Below the pieces are notes generated by a model that saw nothing but the letters and a program-made list of their open reading frames with translations, searched no databases and was not told the origin of the DNA. Made by a program: the position numbers and the translations under genes. A DNA stretch of 20,000 nucleotides from Chrysochromulina tobinii. Its lineage: Eukaryota. The stretch is taken from positions 47,808 through 67,807 of the forward strand of contig JWZX01003345.1 of NCBI GenBank assembly GCA_001275005.1, given 5' to 3'. Below, piece after piece: positions 16,336 to 20,000 of the stretch. The first letter of the stretch is position 1. Every line of letters begins with the position of its first letter.

Positions 16336-16435
16336 ACTTAATATTTTTTTAAGGGCACATCTAGACAACTTTAAGCTCTATATAAACAAAGAACTTTCTT
16401 ATTTTCTTATAACCATAAATAACAGGTTAATTATT

Positions 16436-16444
16436 ATTATATCA
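16436..16444 (-). promoter_or_regulatory. Extended -10 promoter candidate for petB-petD
   Basis: TGATATAAT (TGn-TATAAT) on the minus strand, 100 nt upstream of the petB ATG. Confidence 0.5.
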
Positions 16445-16491
16445 TAAGACCTAACCAATTACCCCGGTAACCCTTAAAAGTTTTAACGAAA

Positions 16492-16612
16492 GCTTAGACA
16501 TTGTGTTATCTTCCCAAAAGGCCCCCCTTTTAGTATTTTCACCGCTGTAACGTTTCACTATCGAGTTCGAAATGGTTCGATGTGGGTCCATTACGCTATA
16601 AAACGTCTAAGC
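16492..16612 (-). rRNA. rrn5: 5S rRNA
   Basis: About 121 nt closed by the terminal helix GCTTAGACGTT/AATGTCTAAGC; contains CCATTTCGAACTCG..AGTGAAAC; lies just downstream of 23S. Confidence 0.93.
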
Positions 16613-16640
16613 CAAAGAATTGAAATTTTGAAATTAGGTA

Positions 16641-16772
16641 AAGTCAAGCATTCGGTCTATTAGTATATCTCAGCTAAATACATTACTGCACTTACACCTG
16701 ATACCTATCAAACGGCTAGTCTTGCCGTGACCTTAACCATTCTATGATGGTAAGAGTACTCATCTTGAGGTA

Positions 16773-16805
<33 letters not shown>

Positions 16806-16930
16806 TTACCATACATGGCTACCCAGCGTTTACTGTTGGCACAATAACTGGTACACCAGAGGTATGTCTCTTCCGGTCCTCTCGTACTAAGAAGAGAGCC
16901 TCGCAATACTCTAACGCCTACACCGGATAT

Positions 16931-16966
<36 letters not shown>

Positions 16967-17014
16967 ACGTGCCGCTTTCATGGGCGAACAGCCCAACCCT
17001 TGGGACGTACTACC

Positions 17015-17064
<50 letters not shown>

Positions 17065-17259
17065 ATGGACTCTTGGGGGAGATCAGCCTGTTATCCCTAG
17101 AGTAACTTTTATCCGTTGAGCGACGGCCCTTCCACTCGGAACCGTCGGATCACTAAGGCCGACTTTCGTCTTTGTTCGACTTGTAGGTCTCACAATCAAG
17201 CTTCCTTATGCCTTTACACTCTACGACTGATTTCCGACCAGCCTGAGGAAACCTTTGCA

Positions 17260-17302
<43 letters not shown>

Positions 17303-17568
17303 ACCACCTGAAACTGTCCCCTAACCGGATAACGGTATAGGGTTAGAATCCTAGCATTGTTAGAGTGGTATCTCACCAACGGCTCTAATCTCCCCTCAAG
17401 AAGATTTTCAACGCCTCCCACCTATCCTGCGCAAACAAAGCCCGGAGCCAATATCAAGCTACAGTAAAGCTTCATAGGGTCTTTTTGTCCGGGTGCAGGT
17501 AGTCCGCATCTTCACAGACAAGTCTATTTCGCCGAGTCTCTCTCCGAGACAGTACGCAGATCGTTACA

Positions 17569-17657
<89 letters not shown>

Positions 17658-19520
17658 CGCGAGCTTCGTCAAAGACTAACAAGCTTCCTTAACCTTCCGG
17701 CACTGGGCAGGTGTCAGCCCCCATATATCGTCTTACGACTTTGCGGAGACCTGTGTTTTTGGTAAACAGTCGCCAGCGTCTGATTATTGCAGCCCATTAA
17801 GGGCACCTCTTCTCCCGAAGTTACGAGGCTATTTTGCCGAGTTCCTTAGAGAGAGTTATCTCGCGCCCCTTAGTATACTCTACTTACCCACCTGTGTCGG
17901 TTTAGGGTACAGGTATTTATTGCTTATGATAGTTAGGGCTTTTCTTGGAAGTATGACATCAACTGGTTTAGTACCTTAGTACTTTCCTATTCGCATCTCA
18001 GCTCAAATCGTTTTCGCCGATTCTCAACACCTTGAATACTTAAACCGATAACCAACATTCGGCCAGCATAGCCTTCTCCGTCCCCCATTATCAACAATAA
18101 ACAGTACAGGAATATTAACCTGTTATCCATCGACTACGCTTTTCAGCCTTACCTTAGGACCTGACTCACCCTCCGCGGACGAGCCTTCCGGAGGAACCCT
18201 TAGGTTTTCGGGGCATTGGATTCTCACCAATGTTTTCGCTACTCAAGCTAACATTCTCACTTCTACTTCGTCCACGCCCACTTCCGTTAACGCTTCAATC
18301 TAATGTAGAACGCTCCCCTACCGATGTTTTGACATCTTACAGCTTCGGCAAATTGCTTAGTCCCAGTCATTTTCGGCGCAGGATCACTCGAACAGTGAGC
18401 TATTACGCACTCTTTAAAGGATTGCTGCTTCTGGGCAAACCTCCTGATTGTCTCTGCAATCCCACCTCCTTTACCACTTAGCAATTATTTAGGGGCCTTA
18501 GCTAGTAATCTGGGCTGTTTCCCTCTTGACACTGAAGCTTATCCCCCAATGTCTCACTGGTTAACTAAACGTCTTAGTATTCAGAGTTTGCCTTGAATTG
18601 GTACCGCTCTCGCAGCCCGCACCAAAACAGTAGCTTTACCCCTAAGAAGAAACATTAACCGCTGCGCCTCAACGCATTTCGGGGAGATCCAGCTAGCTCC
18701 TGATTCGATTGGAATTTCACCCCTAACCACAACTCATCCGCTGATTTTTCAACATCAGTCGGTTGGTACCTCCACTTAGTGTTACCTAAGCTTCACACTG
18801 GCCATGGTTAGATCATCAGGGTTCGGGTCTATAAATTATGACTAAAAGCCCTTATCAGGCTCGCTTTCACTATGGCTCCGACATTCTCTTGTCTTAACCT
18901 TGCCACAACCTACAAGTCGCCAGCTCATTCTTCAACAGGCACGACGTCGAGCGTTAAGTCGCTCTTCGACTGCTTGTAAACTTACGATTTCATGTTCTAT
19001 TTCACTCCCCTCCCGGGGTTCTTTTCACCTTTCCCTCGCGGTACTGGTTCACTATCGGTTATTCAGTAATATTTAGTCTTACGAGGTGGTCCTCGTGGAT
19101 TCAAAAGGGGTTTCACGTGTCCCTTCCTACTTGGGATACAACTTCAAAAATTAATGTTTTCGATTACGGGACTTTCACCCACTATGGCACAGCATTCCAG
19201 CTGTTTCATCTAACACGTCTATTTGAATAACGTTGTCCCACAACCCTCTATAATAGAGTTTAGACTAATCCCTTTTCGCTCGCCGCTACTAAGAGAATCG
19301 CTTTTGCTTTCTTTTCCTCTAGTTACTAAGATGTTTCAATTCACTAGGTTCGCTCTTTCCTCTTTATGTATTCAAGAGGAAGTTCTATTGAAGTTTCCTT
19401 ATTCGGGTATTTTCGGATCAAAACTTGCTTCCAGTTCCCCGAAACGTATCGTCGGTAGCCACGCCCTTCATCGCTTCTGAACACCAAGGTATCCGTCGTA
19501 AGCTCTTATTCGCTTGACTT
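16641..19520 (-). rRNA. rrn23: 23S rRNA (ends approximate)
   Basis: Universal 23S motifs in reverse complement (GCCGACATCGAGGTGCCAAAC, CGCTACCTTAGGACCGTTATAGTTAC, sarcin-ricin CTCTCGTACT). Ends pair via AAGTCAAGC/GCTTGACTT. About 2.88 kb, so no room for an intron. Confidence 0.98.
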
Positions 19521-19572
19521 TTTCTATTTCAAAAATTTCAATATTCTATTACTCTCTAAGATTTTTTAGTTT

Positions 19573-19597
19573 TGGGCCATCCAGGATTCGAACCTGG

Positions 19598-19646
<49 letters not shown>
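19573..19646 (-). tRNA. trnI: tRNA-Ile (GAU) in the 16S-23S spacer
   Basis: Reverse complement GGGCTATTAGCTCAGTTGGTTAGAGCGCACCC-CTGATAA-GGGTGAGGTCCCAGGTTCGAATCCTGGATGGCCCA. Confidence 0.98.
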
Positions 19647-19717
19647 AAATACAGATTAAATTTTCGTGTATACAAACTGATAATTAGCGTCATACATTTG
19701 ATGACTTACAATCCCTA

Positions 19718-19840
19718 AAAGGAGGTGATCCAGCCGCACCTTCCAGTACGGCTACCTTGTTACGACTTCACCCCAGTCACTAGCCCTACCTTAGACGTCG
19801 TTCTCCTCGCGGTTAAACTAACGGTTTCGGGTATGACCAG

Positions 19841-19882
<42 letters not shown>

Positions 19883-20000
19883 GATTCACCGCTGTATAGC
19901 TGACCAGCGATTACTAGCGATTCCAACTTCATGCAGGCGAGTTGCAGCCTACAATCTGAACTTAGGCTAAGTTTACGAGATTAGCTGACTTTTACAAGCT
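19718..20000 (-). rRNA. rrn16: 16S rRNA, 3' part (continues beyond window)
   Basis: AAGGAGGTGATCCAGCC (anti-SD end), TACGGCTACCTTGTTACGACTT and GACGGGCGGTGTGTAC sites in reverse complement. Confidence 0.99.

Noticed and set aside
16336..16368. 11-aa N-terminal extension of petB from TTG
   Set aside because: The conserved 215-aa cytochrome b6 begins at ATG 16335.
16793..19970. ORFs inside 23S and 16S rRNA; possible intron or homing endonuclease
   Set aside because: These are well-known spurious rRNA ORFs. 23S length (~2.88 kb) is normal and there are no LAGLIDADG, GIY-YIG or HNH motifs.

Overview
This window comes from an AT-rich red-lineage algal plastid (chloroplast) genome. It is most likely a haptophyte, an inference from plastid minD without adjacent minE, thiG, ycf45, ycf80, ssrA and an rRNA spacer with only trnI. 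Gene order: 3' part of ycf45, trnG(UCC), psbE-F-L-J, trnE, rbcR/ycf30, psbY, minD, thiG, chlI, trnR(UCU), trnV(UAC), ycf80 (Tic22-like), tmRNA, a long-variable-arm CAU tRNA, trnR(CCG), ycf65, rps16, rpl34, rps14, ycf3, psbD-psbC, trnS(UGA), trnR(ACG), trnQ(UUG), petD, petB, then a minus-strand rRNA operon (5S, 23S, trnI(GAU), 3' end of 16S). Several sigma70-type promoters and stem-loop terminators can be read directly. I found no mobile element, intron, CRISPR array or clearly novel gene system. The most striking anomaly is three single-G losses within 14 nt of psbC that restore the frame and scramble the conserved GPTGLG motif, most likely a sequencing artefact. Other points of interest are the trnA-less rRNA spacer, the class II CAU tRNA abutting tmRNA, a terminator-like hairpin between trnV and trnR(UCU), and a 2-nt ycf65/trnR(CCG) overlap.
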